DNA from: Promethearchaeota archaeon
GTDB taxonomy: Archaea; Asgardarchaeota; Lokiarchaeia; Sigyniarchaeales; SOKP01
Direction of reading: 5' to 3'
DNA: 64,000 nt
NCBI GenBank assembly: GCA_019058365.1
Contig: JAHPZE010000018.1
Span: 1-64,000 of the forward strand
Shown here: piece by piece, positions 1 to 10,921 of the stretch
Layout: each line of letters starts with the position of its first letter
How positions within the stretch are numbered: the stretch's first letter is position 1
Notes under the pieces: generated by a model
The model's input: only the letters and a program-made list of their open reading frames with translations
Database searches by the model: none
What the model was told of the DNA's origin: nothing
Translations under genes and position numbers: made by a program

Positions 1-301
1 AATAGAAAAATAACAAAAAAGAATTAAAAAAATTAAGAGTAAAATTTACTCAATTTTTTTCTGATATTTTTTCGAATTGAATTCACTAAAAAAAAATAAC
101 TCTAGTTAGCTTGAGTATCTCATAAGAAAAAGTGGACCGGCGTTAAAGAGGATTTAATCCACAGAAAATAAATTTCTTATTTTTTTAGGTGTATTTTTAA
201 CTCGCCTTATAATGAAAAAATCATAAATTATTAGGAAGTAAATATAATATGTATAGATCATTATTTTTTTAAACTGAAAAATTATATATAGTCTCTAAAT
301 T

Positions 302-2215
302 ATGGGAATAGAGAAGATGAACGAAGAACAATCGGAAAAGGAAAGGTTAGAGAAAGAACAACTTGAAAAAGAACAGCTTGAGAAAGAAAGAATTGAAAAA
401 CAGAAAATAGAAAATAAATTATTTCCCAATAACTCACTTTTTATAATCCCGAGTTGGGGAGATTTATTAGGTTATCCTACATTAGGAACATATGTTCATC
501 ATCCAGTATCAAATATAGTCTCAGATATAGTTATATTTTTTAGTGGTTATGATTATTCAATTGAGACCACAAAAGGAACACTTCACTACCTCTTTGGCTT
601 GGGATATTATTTCCTAAAATTTGAATTGGAATCCGGCAAATATATAACGGATAATAGAATCCTAACCGGATTAGTATTACCAGACTTTGTGTATGATCAT
701 ATGGCTACTTCAACAAATATCACGTTAGAAGAAGATCGTGACGTAATTATAGCAGAGAAAGTGATAAAAGTTCCTATTGATTTGTCTAATAAATCAGAGG
801 ATCATTTAACCTTCATAAAGGGAGCATTGATGCGAAATGTGTTCATACCTAATAAAGATATCTTTTTAGAGATGATGGAAACAATACGGAAGGAGGATTC
901 CTATCAGATATCAAACGAGGGTCATATGATTTTAAGTGCACATTGGGATTTTTTTAACCAGATTTTAGTATCTGATAAAATGCATAAATTAACTACCAAT
1001 CACGATTTTACTTACCTCAATTCAACCGCAGGATTGAATGGGGTTAATTTTGCGGCAGATCAACTTTTACAAGAATCAATATCTGACGAAAATCTTAGCA
1101 TTATAGAAGGAAATATCGATTATTTGAAAAATATTTATTCTAAACTTGAGTTTGATCCAATGTATCTATTCTCAATAATAGAAAACGCATCAACAATGTT
1201 AATTTCTGGTATCCCTCAAATTTCTTCCAAACAGAGTGATGCAATCACTAGAAAGACTTCTAAACAATCGATTTTTGCTTCCGCAGAAGATCGACTCTAT
1301 GCATATATTAGCTGGCCAATAGAATTTAAGAGAAAAGCAAAAAAAGAACCACCTAGTTTGCCTAGAATAGCAGAACAACCTATATACACTATCCAGGATG
1401 AAATACAAAGGAGCAATATTGGAATCGCAGCAATATCAGACTATAAACAAGAAGTATTTGAGTTAGAAACTTTAAAATCTGAAAAGGTTGTATTTAAACC
1501 GTTACCTAATCCACCTAAAGCTGATATTCAACAAATTCTATCCTATCTAAAAAAGATTATTCAAGAAAATTATGAAATGGTATCCATTGGACAAGCTTTT
1601 GAAATCGCTAGGGAAACTATAAGACAAATTGGTGTTAGCTCAACCACAACACATCAGAAAAAAGTATGGGAAATGAGCAAATATGCTAATATTTACCTGA
1701 AAAAAGAACCAAGTTTAGGATTGCCAGTAAAAGAAAAACAGGAATTAATTCAAAAAATAGATAATTGGATTTTTGAAATTGAAGAAAATATTAGAAAGGA
1801 AAAGGAAAGGTTAGAAAAAGCTCGCTTGGAGAATGAACGGTTAGAAAGGTTAGAACAGGAGAGAAAAGCGAGAGAAAGGCAAGAAAAGGAAAAGCAAGAA
1901 AAAGAACGTTTAGAAAGAATTCGAATTGAAAAAGAAAGATTAAAGCAAGAACAAATAGAAAAAGAACGATTAGAAAAAATTGAAAGAGAAAAACAGGAGA
2001 TTATCAGATTAGAAAAGGAACGTTTAGAAAGGGAGAGAAAAGAGCAAGAAGCTGTTGAAAAAGAAAAGCAAGAACTTGAAAGATTGAAACAAGAAAGAAA
2101 ACAAAAAGAAAAAGAAGCAAAACAAGAAGCAAAAAAGCGAAAAAAGGTTGAAAAACAAAGGAAAAAAATAGAAAAAAAGAAGCAAAAAGAACAAGAAAGA
2201 TTGGAAAAACTCTAG
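302..2215 (+). CDS. Hypothetical protein with long charged (E/K/R/Q) coiled-coil or single-alpha-helix C-terminus
   Basis: 637-aa ORF; EKE(R/Q)(L/I) pentad repeats at the N-terminus and over the last ~140 aa; central globular region not recognised. Confidence 0.75.
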   Translation: MGIEKMNEEQSEKERLEKEQLEKEQLEKERIEKQKIENKLFPNNSLFIIPSWGDLLGYPTLGTYVHHPVSNIVSDIVIFFSGYDYSIETTKGTLHYLFGLGYYFLKFELESGKYITDNRILTGLVLPDFVYDHMATSTNITLEEDRDVIIAEKVIKVPIDLSNKSEDHLTFIKGALMRNVFIPNKDIFLEMMETIRKEDSYQISNEGHMILSAHWDFFNQILVSDKMHKLTTNHDFTYLNSTAGLNGVNFAADQLLQESISDENLSIIEGNIDYLKNIYSKLEFDPMYLFSIIENASTMLISGIPQISSKQSDAITRKTSKQSIFASAEDRLYAYISWPIEFKRKAKKEPPSLPRIAEQPIYTIQDEIQRSNIGIAAISDYKQEVFELETLKSEKVVFKPLPNPPKADIQQILSYLKKIIQENYEMVSIGQAFEIARETIRQIGVSSTTTHQKKVWEMSKYANIYLKKEPSLGLPVKEKQELIQKIDNWIFEIEENIRKEKERLEKARLENERLERLEQERKARERQEKEKQEKERLERIRIEKERLKQEQIEKERLEKIEREKQEIIRLEKERLERERKEQEAVEKEKQELERLKQERKQKEKEAKQEAKKRKKVEKQRKKIEKKKQKEQERLEKL

Positions 2216-2329
2216 TCGAAATCATTGATAAGGAGAAGCATATCTTTTTAACCCTAAATTTTTTTATAATACTATATTTAATTTAAAAAATTATTTAATG
2301 AAATTCATTAGATCAACTCTGTAGTTTTA

Positions 2330-4345
2330 ATGAAACGAAATCAAAAATTAATTATTGGAATAGTTCTAATTATTTTTGTCGCGGTTTCAGGTGGTTTAGT
2401 CTCATGGTTCATTTTTTTTAGAGCCTTTCCAAATGAAGAAACTCCACCTCCGCTTAACCTATTCCCTCCTAATACTTATTCCCTGGATTGTTCAATAGAT
2501 ACATTTGGCTATGCAGTAGTATTTAATACAAGTCAAATAATACTAGATGATTCCTTAATAATCACAAATGGAGCTATTAACGGCTACAATGTAATGAATT
2601 CAACAATATTGAAGAATACAACCATTATTAATAGTGATATCTCGATTTCCATAGCTCTTTATGGAGAGCAAAACTTAACTATTAGAAATATATGGAATTC
2701 ACGACTTAGTGTGGTATTGTGCGATCAGAGCAAACTCTCGCTTACTAATTGTAGTATTCAGCAAGTTATTATTACAGCTGCTAACCACATATTTGTTTCA
2801 AATAGCTCTATAGAAATAATCAACACTGTACAAACTCCAATGAATATTTCCTCTCTAAAATTTACAAATTATTCTTCAATTAATTATTGTATTATTTCAG
2901 GTCCTGCATCACTAGAAATTGAATATACTTCTATACACAATTTATTGCTTTTTACCTCAACTAATCCTTATGCTCAACAAAAAGAGTATCTTGTAACAGG
3001 AAGCATTATAAATTGCTCTATCTATAGAATTTATGGTTATGGGCAAACAAATTTGAATATCTATAACACCGATATATACCAAATTAATATCCTGGGTAAA
3101 TCTAAACTAAATCTGGTTGAATCTATAATTACTGAAGCGTATGTCTATCAATATGCCTTTTGTATATTGAATAATTCTAAAGTGCTTTCTGAATTAAATT
3201 ATGGAATTATTGTTTATTCAGGTTCCGTCAATATAACGAATGGGGTAATCCAAGGTACAAGTTACATTAATAACACCCTTCTCATTAATACAGATGTATC
3301 TAAATCAACTTTAATGACAGTTGTTGTTAATAATACAGGACAAGTTTTAATATCCAATTTCTCATGTAATGCCTTCTTGTATGATAATGCTAATCTAAAT
3401 ATTATTGATACTAATCCGGCCTCATCAGATTCATATGGAATATATCTCGAAGGATCATCTAAATTTACTGGAATAAATTCGAGTTTTGGGTTTATTATAT
3501 GTCAAGAAAATAGCTCTATAGATCTTTCCGAAGAATGCTATATTCAAAGTGTATTTATCGATAGTATGAATAATATTAAAATAAAGAATTGTACATTCGA
3601 CTCAATTGCATGGTATTCTGAACCACTAACAGGTTATAATGCAGAAATAATTAATTCTGCTGTTGAAATTTTCCAAGCACCTCCTTCAAGTAGAGTTGAT
3701 ATTATAAATTGTTCAATAGAATACTTATATGAAGGCATTAAATTTCAATCGGGAGCAAATATTTATAATTCCTCAGACATTTTTGGAGGAGGTTCGATTT
3801 CAAACTACTTAAATATTAGTGGGTCTGAAATTTCTCATAGAACTTATAAGTATATAGAGATCAATGGAGATGCTAATGTACTAATTAAAGATCTGCATAA
3901 CCTGTTTAGTATATCGATTGAATCAGGAAATTTAACGTTATATAATTGTACTCTAGATTCATTACAGATGCAAAATGATGCAATAGTGTATTTGGATAAT
4001 TGTACATCTCCAGATCTAGGTTCTATTGGCCAAACATTTTCTAGTAAGTTTAGACCTCATACATTTACCTGCTTAGGGGATTCTCACCTTTATATCAATA
4101 ACACAAAAATTTTAGATTGGAATCAATTGATTCTTTATAATACTGCCCAATTGACTATAAACCGTTCTATAATATTCATAGTTAATATTTTCCAAGAAGC
4201 AAGGGCGACTATCACAAATTCAGACATTTATATTATATCTGTGTTGGCTGCCTCTTTAGTGGATTATTCTTTGAACCTTATACACAGTACAACTCAGAAT
4301 CTAATAACAAGCTCATGGAACTTCTTACTTTATCTTCCTTCTTGA
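2330..4345 (+). CDS. Membrane-anchored surface protein, parallel beta-helix-like repeats
   Basis: N-terminal basic residues + TM helix (KRNQKLIIGIVLIIFVAVSGGLVSWFIFF); repeated I-x-N-(S/C)-x-I units, N/S/I-rich. Confidence 0.65.
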   Translation: MKRNQKLIIGIVLIIFVAVSGGLVSWFIFFRAFPNEETPPPLNLFPPNTYSLDCSIDTFGYAVVFNTSQIILDDSLIITNGAINGYNVMNSTILKNTTIINSDISISIALYGEQNLTIRNIWNSRLSVVLCDQSKLSLTNCSIQQVIITAANHIFVSNSSIEIINTVQTPMNISSLKFTNYSSINYCIISGPASLEIEYTSIHNLLLFTSTNPYAQQKEYLVTGSIINCSIYRIYGYGQTNLNIYNTDIYQINILGKSKLNLVESIITEAYVYQYAFCILNNSKVLSELNYGIIVYSGSVNITNGVIQGTSYINNTLLINTDVSKSTLMTVVVNNTGQVLISNFSCNAFLYDNANLNIIDTNPASSDSYGIYLEGSSKFTGINSSFGFIICQENSSIDLSEECYIQSVFIDSMNNIKIKNCTFDSIAWYSEPLTGYNAEIINSAVEIFQAPPSSRVDIINCSIEYLYEGIKFQSGANIYNSSDIFGGGSISNYLNISGSEISHRTYKYIEINGDANVLIKDLHNLFSISIESGNLTLYNCTLDSLQMQNDAIVYLDNCTSPDLGSIGQTFSSKFRPHTFTCLGDSHLYINNTKILDWNQLILYNTAQLTINRSIIFIVNIFQEARATITNSDIYIISVLAASLVDYSLNLIHSTTQNLITSSWNFLLYLPS

Positions 4346-4559
4346 ATACTAATCTGATTAGAACCAGTCTTAGGTAGAATTCTAAAAAAAGATTTTTTCC
4401 TTATTTTTTTAACACATTATAGTACAATTTCTATAATTATTGCACTCCTTTAATTTAGAATTTTTAAACCTCCAAACTTTTTAAATCACGTAAATTTAGA
4501 AATTTATTTCTTTATTACGCCGAATTTTTACCTGTAATAAATAAAAAGAGGAGTTTAAT

Positions 4560-5663
4560 TTACTCCGTATTAGTTTTTAATTTTCTCTTATTTGTCAGAT
4601 AAATAATTCCAAAAATAGAAACCACACCCGCAAAAACAACGAACAATACATCATATCCAGGTATTCCAGAAGGTTCTGAAGGAAGAACAGGGCAACTCAT
4701 AAGGGGAAAGTTATCTCGACTTCCCGCTGCTCCTGTTATATTGTAAGGAACATCACCTATTCCATCATTATTTGAATCAAGTCCAGTGTAATTATCCCAG
4801 TAATTTCCTTTCACACCATTATCCCATGAATTGGTTGAACCATTATCATATGCATGAATATTATTTGTGAAAAAACAATTTTCATAGATCTCGTTATCTT
4901 GACTCAAAGCATTGATTAACACTCCTGTATAAGAACTATTCCCAATATGATTACCTTTTATCGTATTTTTGCCTGTTGAAGAACCTAATTCAACCCCTAT
5001 TGTATTGTTGAAAATGATATTATTAGAGACAGTATTAAGCTCAGAGCCCAAATCTCTAATTTGTATACCCACATCAATATTCTGGGTAATTAAGTTCTCC
5101 GAAATTGTATTATTTCTTGAAACTCCTGAATAAGAGTCAATTAAAACTCCGTAATAAAACCCTCCTGAAGCATTATTGTTTTGAATGACATTATAACTGG
5201 CATTATAAACCCATACTAATGCTCCAGTAAACGGATGCATAAAATTTTCAGTAATCATTCCATTTGTCGTGTTGTGTAATTGAATACCCGCATATTGCGT
5301 CGATCCCTTAAACTCGCAATCTCTAACAATGAAATGTTTCCTTGAGTTCCAAATTGTTAAACAATTCCAATATATTGTAGAAGTATTAAAGAATATATCA
5401 GATATTATATAAGGATCAGATTGCGAGCCTGATCCCGTACAATAACCTTGATCCTTAGCCCATGTCCAATTTGTAGGGCTACTGGGAAGATCGTTAATTA
5501 TAATTGTGTCATTCATCTCAATTGATGCAGATGTATTCAATATGCTGATCTTACCATGGTTTTCATCAGAATTAATTGTGGGTGAGATAAAGATTGGAAA
5601 TATTGGCACAATAACACTCGAAATAATTAGAACTAAAATTGCAGAAAATATCACTTTTCGCAT
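4560..5663 (-). CDS. NosD/CASH-type right-handed beta-helix surface protein with C-terminal sorting signal (Loki-CTERM-like)
   Basis: Signal peptide; GSGSQSDPYII; NxIxxN repeats; GNYWDNYTGLDSNNDGIGDVPY; C-terminal IPGY + TM + KRKLK. Confidence 0.85.
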   Translation of the reverse strand: MRKVIFSAILVLIISSVIVPIFPIFISPTINSDENHGKISILNTSASIEMNDTIIINDLPSSPTNWTWAKDQGYCTGSGSQSDPYIISDIFFNTSTIYWNCLTIWNSRKHFIVRDCEFKGSTQYAGIQLHNTTNGMITENFMHPFTGALVWVYNASYNVIQNNNASGGFYYGVLIDSYSGVSRNNTISENLITQNIDVGIQIRDLGSELNTVSNNIIFNNTIGVELGSSTGKNTIKGNHIGNSSYTGVLINALSQDNEIYENCFFTNNIHAYDNGSTNSWDNGVKGNYWDNYTGLDSNNDGIGDVPYNITGAAGSRDNFPLMSCPVLPSEPSGIPGYDVLFVVFAGVVSIFGIIYLTNKRKLKTNTE

Positions 5664-5975
5664 CTTAATCTTCTGATAAGTTTATTTTTGATTATAAATA
5701 AAAAAACAAACCGCTTATTTATTAATTTGGCTTCTCACTATATATGATTTTACACTATTCTGTCAAAGAAATTGAGTGTGAATTATTGTTTTATACTCTA
5801 ATATGAAGTAAAGTTCACGTTTCAAACTCAAGGCAACAATAATCAACAAATAATCCTATATGGAAATCTCCCATTATTATATTGGACTGTTTTTAATTTA
5901 AGATAATACTAATTATGAATTCAATTTTTAAATTTAGAATTATTAAACCCATTAAATATTAAATCTTATTTGAAT

Positions 5976-6105
5976 CTAAAATTCAATTGACTGATTTTTG
6001 TGTGGTAGAATTATTTGGATATCAGAATTTTGGCTTAATCTCTTCAATAAAGTAAATTATATCATTAGGCGTTGCATGACCTGACGCATGAACCCGATTT
6101 GATGC
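5976..6105 (-). pseudogene. Remnant of the 3' end of an MBL/beta-CASP hydrolase gene (diverged copy of about 7872-8055) with an internal deletion
   Basis: Reverse strand reads ..RVHASGHATPNDIIYFIEEIKPKF / SDIQIILPHKNQSIEF*, against RVHASGHATPHDIINFIEEVKPKF..SDIQVILPEKNQPIEF* in the intact gene. Confidence 0.85.
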
Positions 6106-6209
6106 TTTTTTCCTCTAACAAAATTGTCCTAATTGATATTTTACAAAAAATTAAGGATTAAAATTATAATTCGATTAATCTGAAAAAACACTTTAGCTTT
6201 AATGAATGC

Positions 6210-6671
6210 TTACGATGTAGTAACAAAAATGCTAAGAAATATTTTTCCTAATTTTTTTAAAGCTAATTTAGTAAATTCGCCTCTAGAAATTTCTCCTTCT
6301 TTACACTCCTGCCAGCTATTCTTTAGTTGATTCCAATCAGAACCTAAGTTATCCTTCATATAAGCCTCAACATCATCAATCCTTGCCATTTGACGTCCCA
6401 ATAAAATTACTACCCATTCTACCTCCAAAATTATTTTAGATATATCATCTTTAATTTGGCTAGTCAATTCGTGAGTTTTTTCTAAGGATTCTTCAATTTT
6501 TTTCAATTCCTTCTCTAATTTTTTATGTTGACGGTATACTTTTAAGGATAATTTATAATGTTCCTCTTCTTGATAATCCTTGCTGAATATTTTCTTAAAT
6601 TTGAATTTGAAATAATTACTAGCATTTTTTAAAGCTTTTCCAATCTTTTGAAAAAATTCCTCAGATTTCAC
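6210..6671 (-). CDS. Hypothetical coiled-coil protein (may be the remnant of a longer gene)
   Basis: 153-aa ORF with GTG start and heptad pattern; upstream region looks coding-like but has stops. Confidence 0.5.
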   Translation of the reverse strand: MKSEEFFQKIGKALKNASNYFKFKFKKIFSKDYQEEEHYKLSLKVYRQHKKLEKELKKIEESLEKTHELTSQIKDDISKIILEVEWVVILLGRQMARIDDVEAYMKDNLGSDWNQLKNSWQECKEGEISRGEFTKLALKKLGKIFLSIFVTTS

Positions 6672-6916
6672 ATAAAAAGTTTGCTTTCCATCATTATTTC
6701 TTCAATCTATATCGAAAATCCCTCTCGATTGAACTCCTGTTGCTCAAATTCGGTAGTTTCTTCTAAATCAGATCAATTTCTTTTAGTTTTTCCATAAGAA
6801 ATTAATTAATTCCTTTTCGCATCTAAGCTAATAATCAACATTTAAACTGCTAAATCTTTTAAAAGTTGTGTCATAATTTTCAAAATTATGATATATTGAA
6901 AATATAATAATATTCA

Positions 6917-7528
6917 CTAAAAATAATTATCCAATGAACCTTTCTTAAAAGATTTCTGTATTTTATCTAGATTATCTTTATCTTTGAATATCCCTTCTAG
7001 ACAATATACACTTAATTGTTCTACAGTTCCAAAATCTTCACATTTTCTCATCATATCGCAGTGAGGGCATAGATTTGTTATATCATCTATATCCAATGAA
7101 CCAGTATTAGCATGTAAATCATAAAGCAATTTTAAATATTTCCCCTCTGCAATTCGAGGAATCTCATCTCTCATGTCTAATGTGAAATATTCATACAAGC
7201 GTTTCATTGATTTTTTCAGATTACACTCTTTACATATCCAAACTGTATTATCTGGATGATCTGGTCCACCTCGCGACAAAGGTAAAATATGTTCTATAGT
7301 GAGATTTTTATCTTCCTTACCACAATAATTACACACATCACGCTTCTCGTTTTCTCTTATCCATTCTCGGATTGATGAAGACCACGTTATATCACCATTC
7401 TTTAATTTTTTGAAACGACTCATTATAAATCCATAATTATTCTTGCCAAATCCTGCAGATTGAGAAATAATTTTAGAATATTGCCAAAAAATTAAATCTT
7501 TTATGGTTTTCACAGCTTTTGGAGGCAT
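6917..7528 (-). CDS. HNH endonuclease
   Basis: CNYCG..LTIEHILPLSRGG.DHPDNTVWICKECNLKK (CxxC-HNH-CxxCN). Confidence 0.9.
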   Translation of the reverse strand: MPPKAVKTIKDLIFWQYSKIISQSAGFGKNNYGFIMSRFKKLKNGDITWSSSIREWIRENEKRDVCNYCGKEDKNLTIEHILPLSRGGPDHPDNTVWICKECNLKKSMKRLYEYFTLDMRDEIPRIAEGKYLKLLYDLHANTGSLDIDDITNLCPHCDMMRKCEDFGTVEQLSVYCLEGIFKDKDNLDKIQKSFKKGSLDNYF

Positions 7529-7643
7529 TATTCTCCCAAGTTTTTTTTATATTAAACTAAATAGAAAATATCACTTAAAAAATATAACATTTTTGTAAAT
7601 AAATTTTATAACTTATTAACATAGAATAAGCTCTTAAACGATT

Positions 7644-7871
7644 TTAAACTAAAAGATTCCAATTAGACTCACTATCTATCATTGATGAGTGAATCTGAAC
7701 TCTATATTTATTTTCAAAGTCTCTAATTTTTAGAAAATAATCGGATAAATCATCAAAATTACTGAATTTAACAGTTTTATTAGAATTTTCATTAAAATTA
7801 TTATTTTCTATGCCATATTTAACAATTTCCTTCATCCTTTTTGCTAATGAGATATTACAGTTTGCTTGGAC
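7644..7871 (-). pseudogene. Possible 5'-truncated gene fragment
   Basis: The frame of the 63-aa ORF stays open up to 7871, directly abutting the in-frame TAA stop of the MBL gene; no recognisable motif. Confidence 0.3.
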
Positions 7872-9341
7872 TTAAAATTCAATTGGCTGATTTTTTTCTG
7901 GTAAAATTACTTGGATATCAGAACCTTGGAAGATCTTTCTAAAAAATTCGGGATGCTCTGTATGAATTGGAATCAGGAATTTGGGCTTAACCTCTTCAAT
8001 GAAATTAATTATATCATGAGGCGTCGCATGACCCGAAGCATGAACTCGATACGATGGAATTCCATAAGGTTCGAGCTGCTTTCGAATAGTATTTGTATTG
8101 TCAAAAAATTCCTCAGAATATGGATCGATACTCGAAGAAATAAATAAGCCCCTTTTCGTGAAATCTAGACTTCTCATTAATCCATCATCTAAACGAGTTA
8201 AATAGACAAGAAATTTGCCCTCCAAACTCCTTAAATCCCGATAACCAAGAAATCGGTGTTCTTTATTATGTCGATACATAATTTGCCTTATTTTCTCCTG
8301 CCATTTATAATTTGCAGAGCCTCTCTTTAAAATATAAATATGGTCATCTTTAAGAATATTCGGGTCCCGCATTGTTTCATAAATAGCCTTTTTATTCAAG
8401 AGATAATAAAAATATGCATCCTTTTCCGTTATGATATACTTCCAGCCATACTTTTTTGCCATATGTGAAAACGTTCTGAACCGGTCCCAATCAATTCGAT
8501 CATACTTCACTAAGATAAAATCAAAAGGATTATTCATGAATATCTTTTCTAAATTTTCCTCGACGCTCTGCTCCGATTCAACAATGCCCTTAGAAATTTT
8601 TGTGCCCTCACATATTAACACTTTCACTCCTTCTGTAATTAATTTCTTTTGATCTCCATTTAGTTCACAGTTCGTTAAAACAGTATTATACGCTTTAATT
8701 TCCTGTAAAAATTGCTCTGTCATATGCGATAAAGGACCATGCCTTCGAAAATCTCCAGTATACACCACTGGTCCTGCTGAAGTATAGATAATAAATCCAT
8801 ACGCCGCCGGAACTGAATGATCTACATGAAACGGTGTGATCTTCATTCCCTTGATGATTATAATATCCCCTGTTCGAAATGTGTGCCAATTCAAATTATT
8901 AAAATTATTCGCAATTGTAGACCTTTCTGATTTACAAAAAGCGCGAATTATCCTCTTTGTTACAACCCCTGTGTAGATCGGAATGGTCCGATTGACAAAC
9001 GACAAGCCAAAATAATGATCCTTATGTGGATGGGATATTAAAATCCCGTCTAAATTTGAGGGATTTGGGTGATTACTTTCTACCAAACTTGCTTTATTTA
9101 AATATAAATTATGAACTGGAATCCTATCTTCGTGAGGTAATAAGCTATATTGGACAATTTCTTCAATCGACGAAGGTAATTCTCCACGATCGTATTTGTC
9201 ATAATAGTTTTTGATTTTAATTCCAAAATCTATGAGAATCTTAACATTATACCACTCATCCTCCAATAGGATGATATTTCCACCAACCTCGTCTGCTCCA
9301 CCTAATACAGTTATTCTAATTGATTTCGTCTTTTGCTCCAT
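7872..9341 (-). CDS. MBL-fold metallo-hydrolase, beta-CASP / RNase J-like
   Basis: GGADEVGGN, LIDFG, SHPHKDH (HxHxDH), VDHSVP, YTGDFR, CEGT, HASGHA, PIHTEH; GGAGG upstream. Confidence 0.9.
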   Translation of the reverse strand: MEQKTKSIRITVLGGADEVGGNIILLEDEWYNVKILIDFGIKIKNYYDKYDRGELPSSIEEIVQYSLLPHEDRIPVHNLYLNKASLVESNHPNPSNLDGILISHPHKDHYFGLSFVNRTIPIYTGVVTKRIIRAFCKSERSTIANNFNNLNWHTFRTGDIIIIKGMKITPFHVDHSVPAAYGFIIYTSAGPVVYTGDFRRHGPLSHMTEQFLQEIKAYNTVLTNCELNGDQKKLITEGVKVLICEGTKISKGIVESEQSVEENLEKIFMNNPFDFILVKYDRIDWDRFRTFSHMAKKYGWKYIITEKDAYFYYLLNKKAIYETMRDPNILKDDHIYILKRGSANYKWQEKIRQIMYRHNKEHRFLGYRDLRSLEGKFLVYLTRLDDGLMRSLDFTKRGLFISSSIDPYSEEFFDNTNTIRKQLEPYGIPSYRVHASGHATPHDIINFIEEVKPKFLIPIHTEHPEFFRKIFQGSDIQVILPEKNQPIEF

Positions 9342-9768
9342 TTAAGTCCCTCCTAAACTCTATATAACTCTAATTGAACATTTCATATAAACTAGAATAA
9401 TAAATTATTGAGAGCCATTGAATCACCTTGAAATTATAGAAGAAAAAAGTATCCCTTATTTTTTACAATTTTTTTTTAGAACAAAGTGAACAAGCAAAAG
9501 AAAACTAAAGCAAAACCTTAATTCATAATATACTAACAAATTAAAAAATTATTTCTATTGGTTATCTTTCTACGATATCAAATTGGAGTTATTTTATATA
9601 TTATATATTAAATAATTACCAGAGTACCCATTGATAATTTTTCACTTTGTTAATATCTTATTAATATAATCATAGAAATCAATAATTTTAAAGAATCTAT
9701 TATTTTAAATGGTAAATGCATAATTATTATTTATAAAATATTATTTCTTTACCCTCGGATCGATTAAT

Positions 9769-10899
9769 TTGCATAAAGCTGGAATGGCAACCCTCCCTCT
9801 TCATAGAGGTAAAGCACCACCTTGGTTATTTAAACGAATGGTAATTTTAGGAAAGCCCATTTTCAAAATTTTACATGATATGGAGGGTCCTAATGGAATT
9901 CTTAGAAGATTATCCGATACTTACTGGTATCAAGCTTTAGGGTGCATTCTAGGATATGATTGGCATTCTAGTGGAGTTACTACCGTGCTTGGTGGTGTAT
10001 TGAAGGAGGTGTTAACTCCTCAAGAGCATGGGCTTATAGTTACAGGAGGTAAAGGTAAAAACTCTTTAAAAGTGAAGCAAGAATTACAAGGAAAAGCAAA
10101 ATGTTTAGGATATAATGAAGTTGAAATTGATCATCTTAATGAACTCAGCAGATTGGTAGCGAAAGTTGATAACACTGCTGTACAAGATGGATTCTCATTG
10201 TACCACCATAACTTGATCGTTTCTGAAAACAATTGGACCATAATTCAACAAGGAATGGATGGCTTACTGCATAAGGCAAGAAGATATCATTGGCTCTCTG
10301 AAGGACTTGGAAGTCTTCTTGATAATCCTCATACCGATATCAGTTCAGAAATCTTTAAAGAGAAAGTATTAGATATGACCTCTAAAAATAGCTATAATTG
10401 TAGGAAAGTTTCACTAGAGTTAATTTCAGAAGGTTCCAATCGGATTAAAAGATATTTAAGTAGTTTAAAAAACCCATGTCAAACAAATCTAGATACTTTC
10501 ATTTGTCCTAATAAATCTATTAGTTTAACAAAAATTCCACATCTTGACATGCCTATACCTTTTAAACTTAAATGGGAGAGTGTAGATATGGCTAAAAACC
10601 TTGCAATAAATGATTATACCGATCTTTTAAAAATTAAAGGACTAGGACCTGGAATTATACGAGCATTGGCTTTAATTTCTGAATTCATCTGGGGAGAACC
10701 TCCCAGCTGGAAAGATCCTGCTAAATATGCTTTTACTGTGGGCGGAAAAGATGGGATTCCCTATAAAGTAAACTTAAAAAGGATAGAACGATGCGCTGAA
10801 GTCCTTGAAAGGGCGATCGATTTAGCAAAATTAGATAATAAATCCAGAATAGACACATTAAAAAGACTACATAAATTTGAGAAAGTTACCCTATCTTAG
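9769..10899 (+). CDS. DUF763 family protein
   Basis: LPLHRGKAPPWL, GYDWHSSGVTT, GGKG, AKVDNTAVQDGF.LYHH, QQGM, GGKDGIPY. Confidence 0.9.
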   Translation: MHKAGMATLPLHRGKAPPWLFKRMVILGKPIFKILHDMEGPNGILRRLSDTYWYQALGCILGYDWHSSGVTTVLGGVLKEVLTPQEHGLIVTGGKGKNSLKVKQELQGKAKCLGYNEVEIDHLNELSRLVAKVDNTAVQDGFSLYHHNLIVSENNWTIIQQGMDGLLHKARRYHWLSEGLGSLLDNPHTDISSEIFKEKVLDMTSKNSYNCRKVSLELISEGSNRIKRYLSSLKNPCQTNLDTFICPNKSISLTKIPHLDMPIPFKLKWESVDMAKNLAINDYTDLLKIKGLGPGIIRALALISEFIWGEPPSWKDPAKYAFTVGGKDGIPYKVNLKRIERCAEVLERAIDLAKLDNKSRIDTLKRLHKFEKVTLS

Positions 10900-10921
10900 A
10901 GAATATCAGCTTTTTTGACTC

